64,000 nt of DNA. Source: Isurus oxyrinchus (Eukaryota). Positions 38,001 to 51,272 of this stretch are shown piece after piece. Every line of letters starts with the position of its first letter. Position 1 is the stretch's first letter. The notes below the pieces were generated by a model. That model was not told the DNA's origin, did no database searches, and saw only the letters and a list, made by a program, of their open reading frames with translations. Position numbers and translations under genes: made by a program. The stretch lies in assembly GCA_026770705.1 (NCBI GenBank), contig JANJGN010000052.1:2852001-2916000 (forward strand), written 5' to 3'.

Positions 38001-41000
38001 AAGGGTACGCACTGTGATTTCAAACACAGAGCCTGCAGACAGAGTTGTTGAGTTGGCGATCGCATCCACTCCCATGGAAGCCTTCCAGAAAGATCTGCTA
38101 GATAAGACCAAAACCTATAGCATTGAAGAGCTACTCAAGGATGGACATAAATACGAAGTAATCCTCGCAGGTCAACGAAGCTTACAGGTCCTCAGTACAA
38201 CATCAATTGTTGACACACTCACTAGCACATCCAAACCTAGTGAGACGTGTGGCAGGCACCAAGGAAATCCCCAGCTTTCCACCAATCCTGCAAGGCTTGT
38301 AGCAGAAAGGGCCATTGACAGCGGCAGGGCACTAGAGCAAAGGCTGATGCAGCTACAAAGAGCCGTGCGCTGATCCAAACAGACCCTACACAACGGGGAA
38401 CCTTCAAGCAATAAGAATGACCATCCGCTATCCCATCAGGAACATATACATGTGGTGACTGACAAGCCAGGAAATGGCGATGATGTGCATGACGAGACGA
38501 GGTGCGGTGATCGATATTCCACCTCTCACACATATCCTGACGTGGCTTGCCAATAAATTGTGGATTGTTGTCCTTCATGATATCTCTGGGCACATCAAAG
38601 AAACTGAAAATGTCCCATAGGTGTTAGATTTTCTGGCCCCACCCACTGCCAGGATTGTCCGGTCCGGCCGAAAGCCAATGGATTTATATTTGTCCCAATC
38701 TCCCACGGCAGGTCCCACCATGACTGGGCCGGAAAACCCCGGCTTAGAGTTTTTGCAACACTTGTGCTCAACGTATTGTGCAACTGTTGAACAATTTCAC
38801 ACCTATTACACCATCAATCTCATGGAGAACAGATGCCGTCACTTCACCCGCACTATTGGCCAAGATTCCAATTATCTGCCCTGAGAAAGTTTCTACCTCC
38901 CCTTTATTGGCCAAGATTGATACAGGGACAAGTGCCAACATTCCCCTCCCCCAGCCCACCCCAGCAAATTTTCAAAGACATATATCCAAGGACATGGAAG
39001 TCCATGGGGAAACCTACTGCTGTGTACAACACTTCACCAACTCCATGTGCAGAATCCATAGTCCTAGAGTGCAAGTACAATCAATCTTCCTGGGTGTCAC
39101 AGATGTTCTACATCGTGCAGAATAAAGGCTGAGCAATTGCAAGTCTACCGGCATGCGGTGACCTCACACTAGTGACAATCCATGGAATCTGTCAGACCTC
39201 ACATGGGTCAACCTCAGAAACTACCCCATCACCTCAGTTCATTGACATAACATTGAAATATGCAGAAAGTTTCAACAATATTGGCAGTTTCAAGGGAGCT
39301 GCAACATTACACCTGCAGGAGAATGCAAGTCTGTCAATTGATCCAGTATATTTAGCACAACAGAAATGACAGCAGCTACAAAAGGGAACAGTGAAAAATT
39401 CTACAGGAACTGGGGAAATATCATTGGAAGGGTGGCCTGATTCAGCTTGACCTCATCGGGATAAGTGAGGCATCTCCCAGGGAACCATTTTTAATGGCAG
39501 GCAGGGCATCATACCGGAGCCTTTGTGATCCTATATTCTTCAACAACTTCATCCCTCACACATGGGCACAGATCAGACAAGGAGACTCACAAGAGATATA
39601 CTCCCTGGCCGGGTATGAAGAATGACCTTGAAGTCGTTGTAGGGAAGTACGAGGCTTGTCAAGAGGATGAGCCAAGTCAGCACAAAGAACCACTGATTCC
39701 ACAGGAAATTCCTGCCCATTCTTAGTCCAAAATCAGGTCTGAATCCTTTCATTTCCATGTCACTGACTTCATCATCATCGTCGACAGCTTTACCAGATAT
39801 CCCGTTATTCAAAAATAGCACAACACACCAAGCACAACTGGTGCACACACTCTAAGCACTATTTTCAGTTTATTTGGTGAGCCTAAGGACATGATTACAG
39901 ATAATCTGGAATATCAATCACACTACTTCTTCTCCTCATTACCCCAGATCTAACAGCCTCGCTGAATGAATGATTCACACAGTGAAATCCCTAATTCTCA
40001 AATCTAGACAGGCCAAGCAAGATCCACACATTGCAATGTTACATCTGAGATCGACACCTACAACTGCAACTTTGTTAAATTCATTCATGGGATGTGGGAG
40101 TCACTGGCCAGGCCAGGATTTATTACCCATCCCTAATGTAAGAGTCAACCACATTGACGTGGAGTCTGGAGTCACATGTCGGCCAGACAATTTTGTTCCC
40201 TAAACGGCACTGGTGAACCAGGTGGGATTTCCAACAATGGTTTTGTGGTCATTGCTAGACTTTGAATTTCATATTTTTATTAAATTCAAATTCCATCATC
40301 TATTATGGTCGGATTTGAACCCATATTCTCAGGCCATTACCCTGGGTCTCTGAATTACTCATCCAGCAACAATACCACTACACCATCACCTCACCTTATT
40401 CCATCACTGACAGAGAGCATGTTTGGTGGGCCAGTAGTGACCAATTTCGCTACTCTTACCCATTCTACTCTCTCAGAAACCAGAGGGCAACTTTTAAAAC
40501 TACAAGAGAAGATAAGGAATGTTCATGATAAAAATGGAGGTGCAGAGTTGCCAAGTTTACAGTTGGGACAAGTTCACATCCAGCATCCCACAGAAGGTTC
40601 ATGACCACCAGCCGAGGTGACGAGGATTTGTTCAGAACCAAGGGCCTATGGAGTCAAACACACAAGGGCACAGCGGTGAGGCGGAACCGAGGATAAATCA
40701 GATCCATTCCCGCTCCTATTCCATCGAGGAGAAGATCCCACATGAAATCAGGAACAACATCCAAGGATGACAATCCCACAGATCACTGTGAGCAGTTAAA
40801 GACACCTCCGGACAAGGGAACCAGCACAAGATCTGGGTGTACCAGAAGGTTAAATCCACACTTTAGAGAGTCAAATATTCAACAGTTCCGTACACTTATG
40901 TAATTGTCAATAAATATGAACATGATATGAGAAACCGCTTGTTCCCTGCCCTTCTGAAAGAGCCATTCCTGCAGCGGGAGCCTGAAGAGTTACTGATAAG

Positions 41001-43610
41001 AGATTTAATTTATTGGATTGTAGAATGATCCGGAACTGAAGGAAGCCATTTGGCCCATCGAGCATGTGCTGGGCCTTTGAAAGATCTGTCCAATTAGTCC
41101 CACTCTCACCTCTGATCTCTCCCCCACAGCCCTGCAAAATGTCCCCTTCAAATCAAATCAAATGTATACAACATAATAAAGCCTCTGTGGACACTATACA
41201 ATTATTTTGAAATCCAGCTTTTCTAAGCTCATTAAAGCTGTTTTCAGGTTTGAACTAGAGTTAGACAATCAGCCCAATGTTGCTTCACAGAATGATTTGA
41301 AATTCATGGTGAGAATGGACAGGAAGTGTGACACTGAACAGCCTGTCTATTCTAGGAGCTGCTGTGTTGTCTTCATGGGAAATTCTTTTTAAAATCAGCA
41401 AAAGGCACAAATTTCAGATTATTGCTATCAGGATCCTAGAACCTGGATAGATTTCATCCCCCAGTTTTTATCCCTGATTTTCAGCTCAACCCATCCCTCC
41501 CCATCTCTCACTGACCAACACCTGACATCACCTGAAGTTTAAGATTCTGCTCTCGCTGCTACAATCCTGCCTAACCCTGTAACCTCCTCCAGCCCCTACA
41601 ACCCTCTGAGATCTCTGCTCCCCTCCAATTCTGCTGTCATACAGGGAGTCAGTGTATATCAGTGAGCACAGGGGTGATGGGTGAATGGGACTTGGTGTGA
41701 GTTTGTACACTGGCTCACTGCTGAATCAGTTCCCAGTCACAGCTCAATAAGAATGATCTTTTACGAAGACTATTGACCATAAATCTGTCCAAGCTGACGA
41801 TGATATTACCTTGGAAAAGTGACAGGAGGAAGTAAGATTTCCCGATCATTGTCCACTCATAGATATTCCATCAGCTTCTAACTCTGAAGTTCTGAAAGAG
41901 AAAGGAGTTAATGAGACTTCACCTCTTGTCCGACAGCTCTCGAGAGATCAGAACTGCTTTTAGACAATGTCTTCACTGACTAATTTGATTCACGGTGGGA
42001 TGATAGATGCTCTGCAGAGAGTTACAAGGTTTTAAGGAAGAAAAACAATGAAGGATTTGCATTTCTATACAACCTTTCACCTCCTCAGGGCATCCCAAAG
42101 CTCATGTCACTCCACTTCCCTCGCCCCTTGAGCTAGAAGGATGTTCTGTATGACAGACTTGACCCTCACACCCAGATCTCAATAATCATTAGAAATCTTT
42201 CAAAGGCATCAATCATTGGAGTCTGTCTTCATAAAGTCACAACATCAACAAAGGACGGTGTTGGAAGTGAATTCCAATCATTCCGTTACTTACCCAGGAC
42301 CTGTCCGACTGCTCGCCTGGGGAGGAACTGCCCACACGCTCTGCTTGGGCTGAATGACCTCTTCCTGTGCTGCTCCCTCTGTGTATTTAATTAGAAAGAG
42401 CTGATGTGTCACTGTGAGACAAAAAGAGGAAGTTGGAACAAAGTGAGTGAACAGCACTTTGCTGTGCACTGTCAGTAAACCCTGTGTCTGTATAAGAATA
42501 TAAGAACAGAACAAGTAGGATCAGCTGGACACCCTGATATTTTCATTCCCTATATTCCATCAACTCATTTTTTTATCTACTCACTGAAACTATTTATCTC
42601 CCTCTGCAGCCTCTTTGTGTCCTCCTCACAACTTGCTTTCCTGCCCAGCTTATATATTTCCTACCTATCTTCACCATACAGTCAGAAAATCTGTCTACAA
42701 TACAGTCAGTCCCTTCATCCAAGTCACTAATGTAGATTGTGAATAGTTGAGGCTTTGAAATATCTGTCTAATTATTCCCACGCTCAGCTCTACTCTCTCC
42801 TCCACAGCCCTGCAAAATTTACCCTTCAAGTATTTATCCAGTTCCCCTTCTGAAAGTTCCTGTTGAATCTGCTTCCACCGCCCTTTCAGGCAGTGAGTCA
42901 ATGGTCTCTCTCTGAGCTGCAAAGTGCTAATGTTCTGTGAAATTTAAACTCTGCAGCAGGTCAGAGACAATCATGATAACTCAGAATATTTGACAGTTTT
43001 ACACACAGACAGCTTTGCCTTCCTTCTCTCTTTCAGTTATCTTGCTCCCTTATTGAAGTTTCTAGCAAGGTGAGAATGGACAGGAAATGTGACACTGAAC
43101 AGCCTGTCTATTCTAGGAGCTGCTGTGTTGTCTTCATGGGAAATTCTAACTAAAATCAGCAAAAGACACTAATTTCAGGCCATTGCCATCAGAGTCCTAG
43201 CACCTGGATATATTTCATCCCCCAGTTTTTATCCCTGACTTTCTGCTCAACCCATTACTCCCCGTCTCTCACTGACCAACACCCGACATCACCTGAAGTT
43301 TAAGATTCTGCTCTAGCTGTTACAATCCTGCCTAATTGGGTAACTGTCTCCAGCCCCTACAACGCTCTGAGATCTCTATTCTCCTCCAATTCTGCTGTCA
43401 GACAGGGAGTCAGTGTATTTCAGTGAGCACAGGGGTGATGGGTGAATGGGACTTGGTGTGAGTTTGTACACTAGCTCACTGCTGAATCGGTTCCCTATCA
43501 GAGCTCAATAAGAATGCTATTTTACAAAGACTATTAACCATAAATCTGTCCAAGCTGACGATGATATTACCTTGAAGAAGTGACAGGAGGAAGTAAGATT
43601 TCCCGATCAT
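22830..43610 (-). CDS. Gene B: Siglec-family receptor with two leaders, two V-set exons, C2, MAG-d5-like Ig, TM and tail, multi-exon
   Basis: Exons 43571-43610 or 41810-41849; 33837-34211 and/or 30951-31319; 29841-30137; 27182-27475; 25176-25272; 24371-24452; 22830-23078. Phases are compatible. 475/477 aa with one V, 600 aa with both. Confidence 0.82.
23518..24234 (+). mobile_element. Solo-LTR-like element in the last intron of gene B (copy ~49163-49902)
   Basis: TG...CATAACA termini. Absent from the equivalent gene A intron. Confidence 0.55.
24371..24452 (-). CDS. Gene B cytoplasmic exon 1
   Basis: RKTAMAERVSGTSDIALTPSPLSVKHQ. 82 bp. Confidence 0.85.
24585..25055 (+). mobile_element. CR1-type LINE 3' end (copy 50255-50720)
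   Basis: Same family as 255-700, opposite strand. Confidence 0.7.
25176..25272 (-). CDS. Gene B transmembrane exon
   Basis: RDTSKLTVGLFTAGIMLSVLLAGIFIFICVRK. 97 bp. Confidence 0.9.
25810..26832. repeat. AT-rich ~35-bp minisatellite (AATCTATGTAACATTTATATATAATATTTATCAAT-like)
   Basis: About 1 kb of direct units. Confidence 0.92.
27182..27475 (-). CDS. Gene B membrane-proximal Ig exon, MAG domain-5-like
   Basis: DKPEISQQSECTRRSEGVTCICVANSNPPGDLTWHLPSANISGN...CSVQNPHG. The C..CxC..SNP..LPS-N pattern resembles the membrane-proximal domain of MAG (from memory). 294 bp. Confidence 0.88.
27785..28050. repeat. 36-bp minisatellite (CTCCCTATCTCTGTAACCTCCTCCAGCCCCTACAAC)n within an L2-like 3' end
   Basis: Direct units. 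Same family at 32405-32565, 54405-55245 and 57895-58142. Confidence 0.88.
28170..29247 (+). mobile_element. Penelope-like element fragment with GIY-YIG endonuclease
   Basis: NLIYCIHCSQCGLLYIGDTKRRLGDHFSE...PVACHF...EQHLIF..GTLQPSGLNIEF (28403-28732). Confidence 0.88.
29577..29648 (-). pseudogene. 3' remnant of a C2 exon (DYQCVAENEHGAVEGFITITVE)
   Basis: Same truncation point as 5380-5451. Confidence 0.75.
29841..30137 (-). CDS. Gene B Ig C2 domain exon
   Basis: 297 bp, near-identical to 13391-13687. Confidence 0.9.
30951..31319 (-). CDS. Gene B proximal V-set exon
   Basis: VGLSQEWKGDTP...DAGLYFFRIEF. 369 bp, phase 1-1. Confidence 0.9.
31385..32170 (+). mobile_element. CR1 LINE 3' fragment
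   Basis: QRDLGVLVHESQK...KASGMLAFI and FKTEMRRNFLSQR...LWNSLPQRAVEA. Confidence 0.8.
32290..33570 (-). mobile_element. L2-clade LINE RT fragment
   Basis: RPISSLSFPSKVLER...LLVLLDLSAAFDTLDH..LL. Confidence 0.85.
33837..34211 (-). CDS. Gene B distal V-set exon (divergent)
   Basis: VGLSQVWKVNTP...CVQIPC...DCSL...DAGYYLFRTDF. 375 bp, phase 1-1, Arg retained. Confidence 0.88.
34615..36860 (+). mobile_element. Two adjacent solo-LTR-like elements (34615-35538, 35543-36860)
   Basis: Both start TGT and end GATAACA. Flanked and separated by similar 4-mers ctat/ctgt/ccat. Confidence 0.5.
37660..40620 (+). mobile_element. Degenerate Ty3/Gypsy LTR retrotransposon internal region (gag, protease, integrase; RT largely missing)
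   Basis: gag-like MSTKFPSLNW..FRMFKQRTELWF; protease AKIDTGTSANI; integrase WPGMKNDLE...ACQE and SPHYPRSNSLAE. Many stops and frameshifts. Confidence 0.8.
41810..41849 (-). CDS. Gene B proximal leader exon (MIGKSYFLLSLFQ)
   Basis: Second intact copy, 1761 bp from the distal one. Confidence 0.75.
43571..43610 (-). CDS. Gene B distal leader exon (MIGKSYFLLSLLQ)
   Basis: Paralogue of 18344-18383 with intact ATG and donor. Confidence 0.75.
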
Positions 43611-46600
43611 TGTCCACTCCCAGATATTCCATTAGCTTCTCACTCTCAAACTCTGAAAGAGAAAGGAGTTAATGAGACCTCACCTCTTGTCCGACAGCTC
43701 TCGTGAGATCAGAACTGCTTTTAGACAAGACTTACTTGATTCTCCATGGGATGAGAGGTGCTCTGCAGAGAGTTACTAAGCTTTCAGAAAGAAAAACTAT
43801 GTAGGGTTTGCATTTCTGTAGCACCTATCACCACCTCAGTATGTCCCAAATCTCATGACCCTGCACTTCCCTCATCCCTTGAGCTAGAAAGATGTTCTGT
43901 ACAACTTGAGCCTCACACCCAGATCTCAATAATCAGTAGAAATCTTTCAAAGGCATCAATCATTGGAATCTGTCTTTATAAAGTCACAACATCAACAAAG
44001 GACGGTGTTGGTGGTGGAAGTGAATTCCAATCGTTCTGTTACTTACCCAGGACCTGTCCGACTGCTCGCCTGGGGAGTAACTGCCCACACGCTCTGCTTG
44101 GGCTGAATGACCTCTTCCTGTGCTGCTCCCTCTGTGTATTTAATTAGAAAGGGTTGATGTGTCACTGTGAGACAAAATGAGGAAGTTGGAACAAAGTGAG
44201 AGAACAGCACTTTGCTGTGCACTGTCAGTAAACCCTGTGTCTGTATAAGAATATAAGAACAGAACAAGTAGGATCAGCTGGACACCCTGATATTTTCATT
44301 CCTTATATTCCATCCACTCATTTTTTTGTCCCCTCTCTGAAACTATTAATCTCCCTCTGCAGCCTCTTTGTGTCCTCCTCACAGCTTGCTTTCCTGCTCA
44401 GCTTATATATTTCCTACCTATCTTCACCACACAGTCAGAAAATCTGCCTACAGTATAGTCAGTCTCTTCATCCAAGTCGCTAATGTAGTTTGTGAATAGT
44501 TGAGGCCTCAGCACTGATCCCTGTGGCTCTCCACTAGTTACAGTTTACCAAGCTGAAAATCACCCATTTATCCTGGCTCTCTGTTTCCTGTCAGTTAGCC
44601 AGTCCTCTATCCGTATTAATATATCCCCCCCAACACCATCCAATTTCACCCTGTGCAGTATCCTTTGATGTGGCACCTTATCGAAAGCCTTTTGGAAATG
44701 CAATGTCATGAAGAGATATTTGTGTGTAAAATGTCCTTGGAAATTATTTTTTAAAATAGAATTCTAGTGGTGGTCCATGTATAGGTGTGTGTCTGGGTGT
44801 GTCTTAATTGGATTAAAGCCAGCTGGTCTGTATGCTTTGATGTTTAGTAGTTTTGAGATGTTAATTGGGTGAATTGTGAGGAGAACAGTTAAGTGTTCAT
44901 TTGCAATTGTTGAATAAACCATTCCAGACTGGGGGTAAAATCTTGCACCTAGTTAGAAGGAGCCAAAAGATGTGTTTTTTCTTGAACTTACTAATGAAAT
45001 TGGTGCTATGAAAGGGGGTTTTATTGTTCGAAGAGCTGGAGTTCAGAAGACCGAGTGATACAATGGAAAATTTACATTCAAAGGGAAAGCTAGCTATATA
45101 AAGGAAGGAGTTTGTGTGTGTGAGGCAGGAGCGTTTCAGACCTAACCAGCCTGTAGCCTCCAACCAACTTCTAAAGGAACCTCATTCGGAATTCATAATG
45201 TCAAATGTGCTTTGCCTGGTGTCTACATTATGTCAATGGTTCATTGTTGCCTTAGGAGAGATTTATGTACGGGTGATTAATTTGGGGATTTGTTAAAATG
45301 TTATTATAGTAGTTATTTGTAGCCAATGTGTATGTGTTAAATTTGTTGTTAAATTAATAAATGGTTTATTTAGTTTTATATAAAAAACCCACAATCCTCG
45401 GTGGTCTTATTCCTACTGAATTCAAAGTCTTCATCTCGATATTACAAACAGCAAAATTGGGTTATGACAGTTGTTTCAATTTTCCCTCTGGGATTTGAAC
45501 AACTCAGCCTTTACCCTTGGCTGTGTCATAGTCCCTAATACACCACATCTACAGGTTCCCCTTTATCCAATCCACGTGTTACATCCTCGAGGAAATCTAA
45601 TTATTTTTTCAAACATGATATCCCTTTCACAAACCCATGTTGACTCTGTCTGATTGAATTATGGATTTCTAAATGTCCTGCTGCTCCCTCCTTCATAATG
45701 AATTCTGGTATTTTCCCAATGACAGATATTAGACTAACTGACCTGTAGTTTCTTGCTTTCTGCCTCCCCCCTTTATTGAACAGAAGTGTTTTATTTATGT
45801 TTTTCCAATCCACTGGGACCTTCCCATAATCTAAGGAATTCTGGAAGATTACAACCAATGCATCCACCGTCTCTGCAGCCATTTCCTTTCAGACCCTCAC
45901 ATTCAGGCCGTCTGCTCCATGGGACTTGTCAGCATTTGTCTCATTAGTTTTCTTAATACTTTTTCTCTGGTGATAGTGATTGTTTTATGTTCCTCCCTCC
46001 TTGTTGCACCGTGACTTTCTCCTGCTATTGGGATGGTTTTAGAGATTTTTACTGTGAAGACAGACACAAAATTCTTGTTGAAAGTCTCTGTCATTTCCTT
46101 GTTTCCCATTATTAATTCCCCAGTCTGATTTTCTATGTGTCCCATTATTACTGGAGCTTCTCTCTTATTTTAATGTACAACATCTCACTGTCATTGTTTA
46201 TGGTTCTTGCTAGTTTACTCTCATATCATCATTTCTGCCTCCTTATATTTCTCCCCTCACTTTTCTGGTTTCTCAAATATTCCCAATCTCCAGCCTATCA
46301 CTAAGCATCCCAACATTGCCGGCTTTATCTCACAATTGGATACCGTCCTTAGCTTCCTGAGTTAGCCGCCGATGCTCCATCCTTTTTATAGATTCTTTCT
46401 TTCTTACTGGAAAATATCTTCATTGGAATTTATGAAACATCTCTTTAGATGCCTATTACTCTTCACCTACCCACCCCCCTTTAACCTGCTGTCCCACTCT
46501 ACTTGGGCCGACTCTACTTTTAACCCTTGTAATTGCCTTTAGTTAAGTTTATGACACTAGCTTAAGACCCAAGTTTCTAAACTGAATATTAAATTTCAAC

Positions 46601-48340
46601 ACCGTATGATTACTCTTCCCTTGAGGGTCCTTTACAATGAGATGTTAATTAGTCTTGTCTCATTAAACATTGCCAGGACTAAAACAGCCTCTTCCCTGGT
46701 TGGTTCCATGTTGGATTGTTCTAAAATACTGTCCTGAATACAATCTGTATAACCTCGCTGAAAGCTACATTTGCTAATCTGATTTGGCTAATCCATATGA
46801 CGATTGAAAACTCCCATGATTAATGTGGTGCCTTTCTCATAAACCTCCTCATGTATTGATTTATAATCTACCCCTGCATTGTAACCACATTCAGGGGGGA
46901 GTATAAACCAACCCACCAGTGATTTCTTTCCCTTGCAATTCCTTATGTTCACCCAAACTGACTGTGCATCTTGACATCTGAGCCAAAATCATTTCTCGCT
47001 ACTTTACAGGTCTCATCTTTTATTAACAGAGCTACCCCACCTCCTTTTCATTTTTCCTATCCTTTCAAAGATTCCAAATATCCTTCAATTTTCAATTTCC
47101 AACCTTGGTCACTTTGCAACCAACTCTCTGCAGTGTCCATCTTATCGTACCCATTAATCTCTATTTGTGCTATAACTTCATTCATTTGTTCCAACTTTAT
47201 ATTTTATATATTCATTCTTCCATGGGAAGTGGGCATCACTGGCTAGGCCAGCATTTATGGCCCATCCTTAATTACCTTGAGAAGGTGGTGGTGAGCTGCC
47301 TTCCGGACCCTCTGCACTCCATGTGGTGTAGGTACACCCACAATGCAGTTAGAGAAGGAAGTCCAAGATTTTGACCCAGTGGCAGTGAAGGGACGGCGAT
47401 ATATTTCAAAATCAGGATGATGTGTGTCTTGGAGGGGAACTTCCAGGTGGTGGTGTCTGGGCATTTCAATCCCTTGTGACAATAAATGTAATATTATAGA
47501 AAATGCAAAGGCTTCTTGTAATCTATCACAGAATAAACAAGTTGCAGAATTCAGAAAGCACTTTCTGAAATGTCAACAAAGTTCAGTGACATCACATTTC
47601 TGCTAATTACTATTCGGCCATGTTGGCTGCACGCAGTCAGGCAGTCCCTCGGTTGTGATGTGTCCACACAGCAGTACTGGGATGCATCAGCATCAAAGGA
47701 CATGCTTAGTTGTTGCCGTGCAATGCATTTATTGCGAGGCTGTTGCACACACGCCCTGTCGATGGACCCTCCGAATTACCATTCTGAATCGAGGCAAATC
47801 AACTTTCCTGCAACAACTTGCATTTATATGGCACACTTAATGTAACAAACTGTCCCCAATCTCTTCAGGGGATTGTTACCTACATATAAATCCATCTCAG
47901 AGACACATAATGAGGTATTAGGGACAGGTGACAAAAAGCTGATTTCACAAAGCCAGTTAATNNNNNNNNNNNNNNNNNNNNNNNNNNNNNNNNNNNNNNN
48001 NNNNNNNNNNNNNNNNNNNNNNNNNNNNNNNNNNNNNNNNNNNNNNNNNNNNNNNNNNNNNNNNNNNNNNNNNNNNNNNNNNNNNNNNNNNNNNNNNNNN
48101 NNNNNNNNNNNNNNNNNNNNNNNNNNNNNNNNNNNNNNNNNACTGAATCTCTGTCCCCAATGACTCAGCATCAAGTCGTCACTGGGGAAACATTTCATTC
48201 CAAACCACACCAACCACAGACCCATTCAGTCCCTTCCTCCCTCTCTCCCCCTCTCCCCCAGTGGGTTGTCTCATGTTCCCAAGAATCTTCATCCCTGCCA
48301 CCATCCACAAACCTCCTGACCACCTCTGCCTTTTTCACGC

Positions 48341-50119
48341 TCAGTTTCTCTTGAATCTGATCTGTGCGTATTCCGTCTGCTCTTCCCTGTGGACAGACCC
48401 ATCACCACTGGGCACCCTGAAGACTTGGGGATTGGCGTAGAGAAGCTCGTCGGGATTGTCAGGGTTCCCATGTCCAGCATCGCCTCCCACTGCACATTCA
48501 GAGACACCCCGGGGAGCTGGGGTCTCCCCCTCGCTAGTTGTGTCTCTGGTTGTGTTCCGGGGCTCAGTAATCAGCACGTTCTGTTTACCCTACAGAGAAA
48601 TGGAAACAGAAGGCATCCTCACATCATTTACTGGCACTGATAGGGTTAAAATATTCTGCAGCCTCGTTAGTGTCAGTCGTGGGTCAGTGGGTTTAACCCT
48701 CTCTCACATGTCTTATGAAAGAAAACACCTATGGCAGTGCAGTGCTCCCTCAGTACTGACCCTTCGATAGTGCAGCACTTCCTCAATGCTGACCATCCAA
48801 CAGTGCAGCACTCCCTCAGTACTGACCCTCCGACAGTGCAGCGCTCCCTCAGTACTGACCCTCCAGCAGTGCAGCACTCCCTCAGTACTGACCCTCCGAC
48901 AGTACAGGTCTTCCTCAGTACTGACCCTCTGACAGTGCAGCACTCCCTCAGTACTGACCCTCTGACAGTGCAGCACTCCCTCAGTACTGACCCTCTGTCA
49001 GTCTTGCACTCCCTCGGTAATGGCTCTGGCGAGTGTCGGCTTGGATTCTGCACTCAGGTGCCTGGTGTGAGGCTCAATAACATGAATCTTGTAATCAGAG
49101 AGAGGATGAGAGAGAGAGAGAGAGATGAAGGGTCAGAGACTGAGCGTTATGAATCTATTAATGTATGTATTGTAATTGGAAATTGTCTTTTTAAACAGAG
49201 GTTTAGTCTGTGGGTGTGTGTGTGTGTGTTTTAATTGGATTAAAGACAGCCGGTCTGGGTACTTTTATGTATAGTAGTTTTGAGATGTAAACAAAGAGGT
49301 AAAGAGGCATATTGCATTTTTAAAAGGAGGATTCAAAGCCTGGGAGTGAATTCTTAAACCAATCAATGTTTATATTACTAATAAAATTGATACTATGAAA
49401 CGGGATTTATAGTTAGAAGAGATGGAGATCAAAGGTCCTGATGATACAATGAGAATTTACATTCAAAGAGAAGCACTGGGTATAACTTGAGCAGTTTTGT
49501 GTGTGCAGAGCAGAGGCTTGTAACATCAAAGCAGCTGTAAGCCTACACCTGTCTGCAAAGGAACCAAAGTGAAAGGAACCTCATTTGGAATTTCTGAGGT
49601 GAAAATGCTTTGCTTGGAATCTGCTTAAAGTCTATGGGTTGTCTTAGAGGACGTTAGTTTGGGAATTTGTTAAATAGTTATGATTATACTAGTTTGTAGC
49701 CATGTGCATATGATTAACTTGTGAAAATTAATAAATGTCTCATGTAGTTTGATATAAACCCATCTCAAGAACTGATGGTCTTATTCCTGAATTTAGAGCT
49801 GCATCTCAAACATTCCACTGGGAAATATAGGTTATGACAGTTGTTTAAAGTTTCCCTCTGGGATTTTAAACAACAGCCTTTACCAGTTGCTGTGTCATAA
49901 CAGAGAGACAGCATGATACTGAACCATTGCTGACTCCACAGGTACAAATCAGTGGGTAACTGGGCTGGGAATCTGGGACACGTGTTGTCTACACACTGAG
50001 ATAGAAGCTTTGGAGTGAGTGTAAACAGCTCCTGTACCTGGTGCTTCACAGAGAGTGGACTGGGGGTCAATGCAATGTCTCTGGTCCCTGAAACTCTCTC
50101 CTCCATCGCTGTCTTTCTC
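48341..50119 (-). pseudogene. Orphan Siglec 3' fragment C: cytoplasmic exon 50038-50119 + terminal exon 48341-48589, no TM or Ig exons upstream
   Basis: Open paralogous exons. Homology to gene B stops at ~50730, just short of the TM exon. Confidence 0.75.
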
Positions 50120-51038
50120 CTGCAATAACACAATATCACACTGTGGTTATCATATAGCAGAGAGTCAGTGTAGCACAGACACAGAGCCCACTGTAATCTT
50201 AGACCAACGACTGGGACTGTCTCTTTAAATCAGTTCTATACAAAGCACAGAATCAAGAAGCTTGACACCATCCAGGACAAAGCAGCCCGATTGATCTACA
50301 CCCCATCCCCCACATTAAACATTCACTCCCTCCACAACGAACACACAGTGGAAGCAGCGTGTGTACCATCTACAAGATGCACTGCAGCAACTCAGCAAGG
50401 CTCCTTCAACAGCACCTTCCAAACCCACGACCTCTACCATCTAGAAGGACAAGGGCAGCAGACACATGGGAACACCACCACCTGGAAGTTCCCCTCCAAG
50501 TCACTCACCATCCTGACTTGGAAATATATCATCGTTCCTTCACTGTCACTGGGTCAAAATCCTGGAACTCCCTCCCTAACAGCACTGTGGGTTTACCTAC
50601 ACCACATGGACTGCAGCGGGTCAAGAAGGCTGATCACCACCACCTTCTCAAGGGCAATTAGGGATGGGCATTAATGCTGGCATCACCAGTGACAGCCACA
50701 TTCGATGTAAGAATTAAAAATCTCACAGCTCAATGTATTTATTGGGATCCTCCTGCACACACGCCCTGTCGAAGGAGCCTTTGTGGTTCCATTGTTAATC
50801 GAAGCAGATCAGACTTACTGCAACTACTTGCATTTATATAGGACCTTTAATGTAGCAAAATGTCCCAAGGCTCATCCGGGAATTGTTAGTCACATCTTCA
50901 CCTGACTCTGAGGCACATGAGGAGATATAAGGGACAGGAGACCAACAGCTGACTCAACAAAGTCAGTTATTAACGGGCATCTTAAAGGAGGAGCTGGAGA
51001 TAGAGAATGAGAGACAGACACAGAAAGAAAGACAAAGA

Positions 51039-51079
<41 letters not shown>

Positions 51080-51272
51080 TCTCTATCCCCAGTGGCTCAG
51101 CATCCAGTCCTCTCTGGAGAAGCATTTCATTCCAAACCACACCAACCGCAGCCCAATCGCATCCCTTCCTCCCTCTCTCCCCCTCTCCCCCAGTGGGTTG
51201 TTTCCTGTTCCCAGGAATCTCAATCACTACCCCCACCCTCACACCTCCTCACTCCCACTCCCCATTTCTCAT

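Larger units (their letters stand above)
42770..50730 (+). repeat. Segmental duplicate of ~17550-25065
   Basis: Colinear high identity at an offset of ~25.2-25.7 kb, covering leader, promoter, LTRs, terminal exon and cytoplasmic exon. Differs at 21020-21930 vs 46240-47455. Confidence 0.9.

Noticed and set aside
2516-43610. Assigning the gene symbols MAG, CD22, CD33 or SIGLEC1
   Set aside because: Family membership is clear, but one-to-one orthology needs phylogeny and synteny; the domain counts match none of these exactly.
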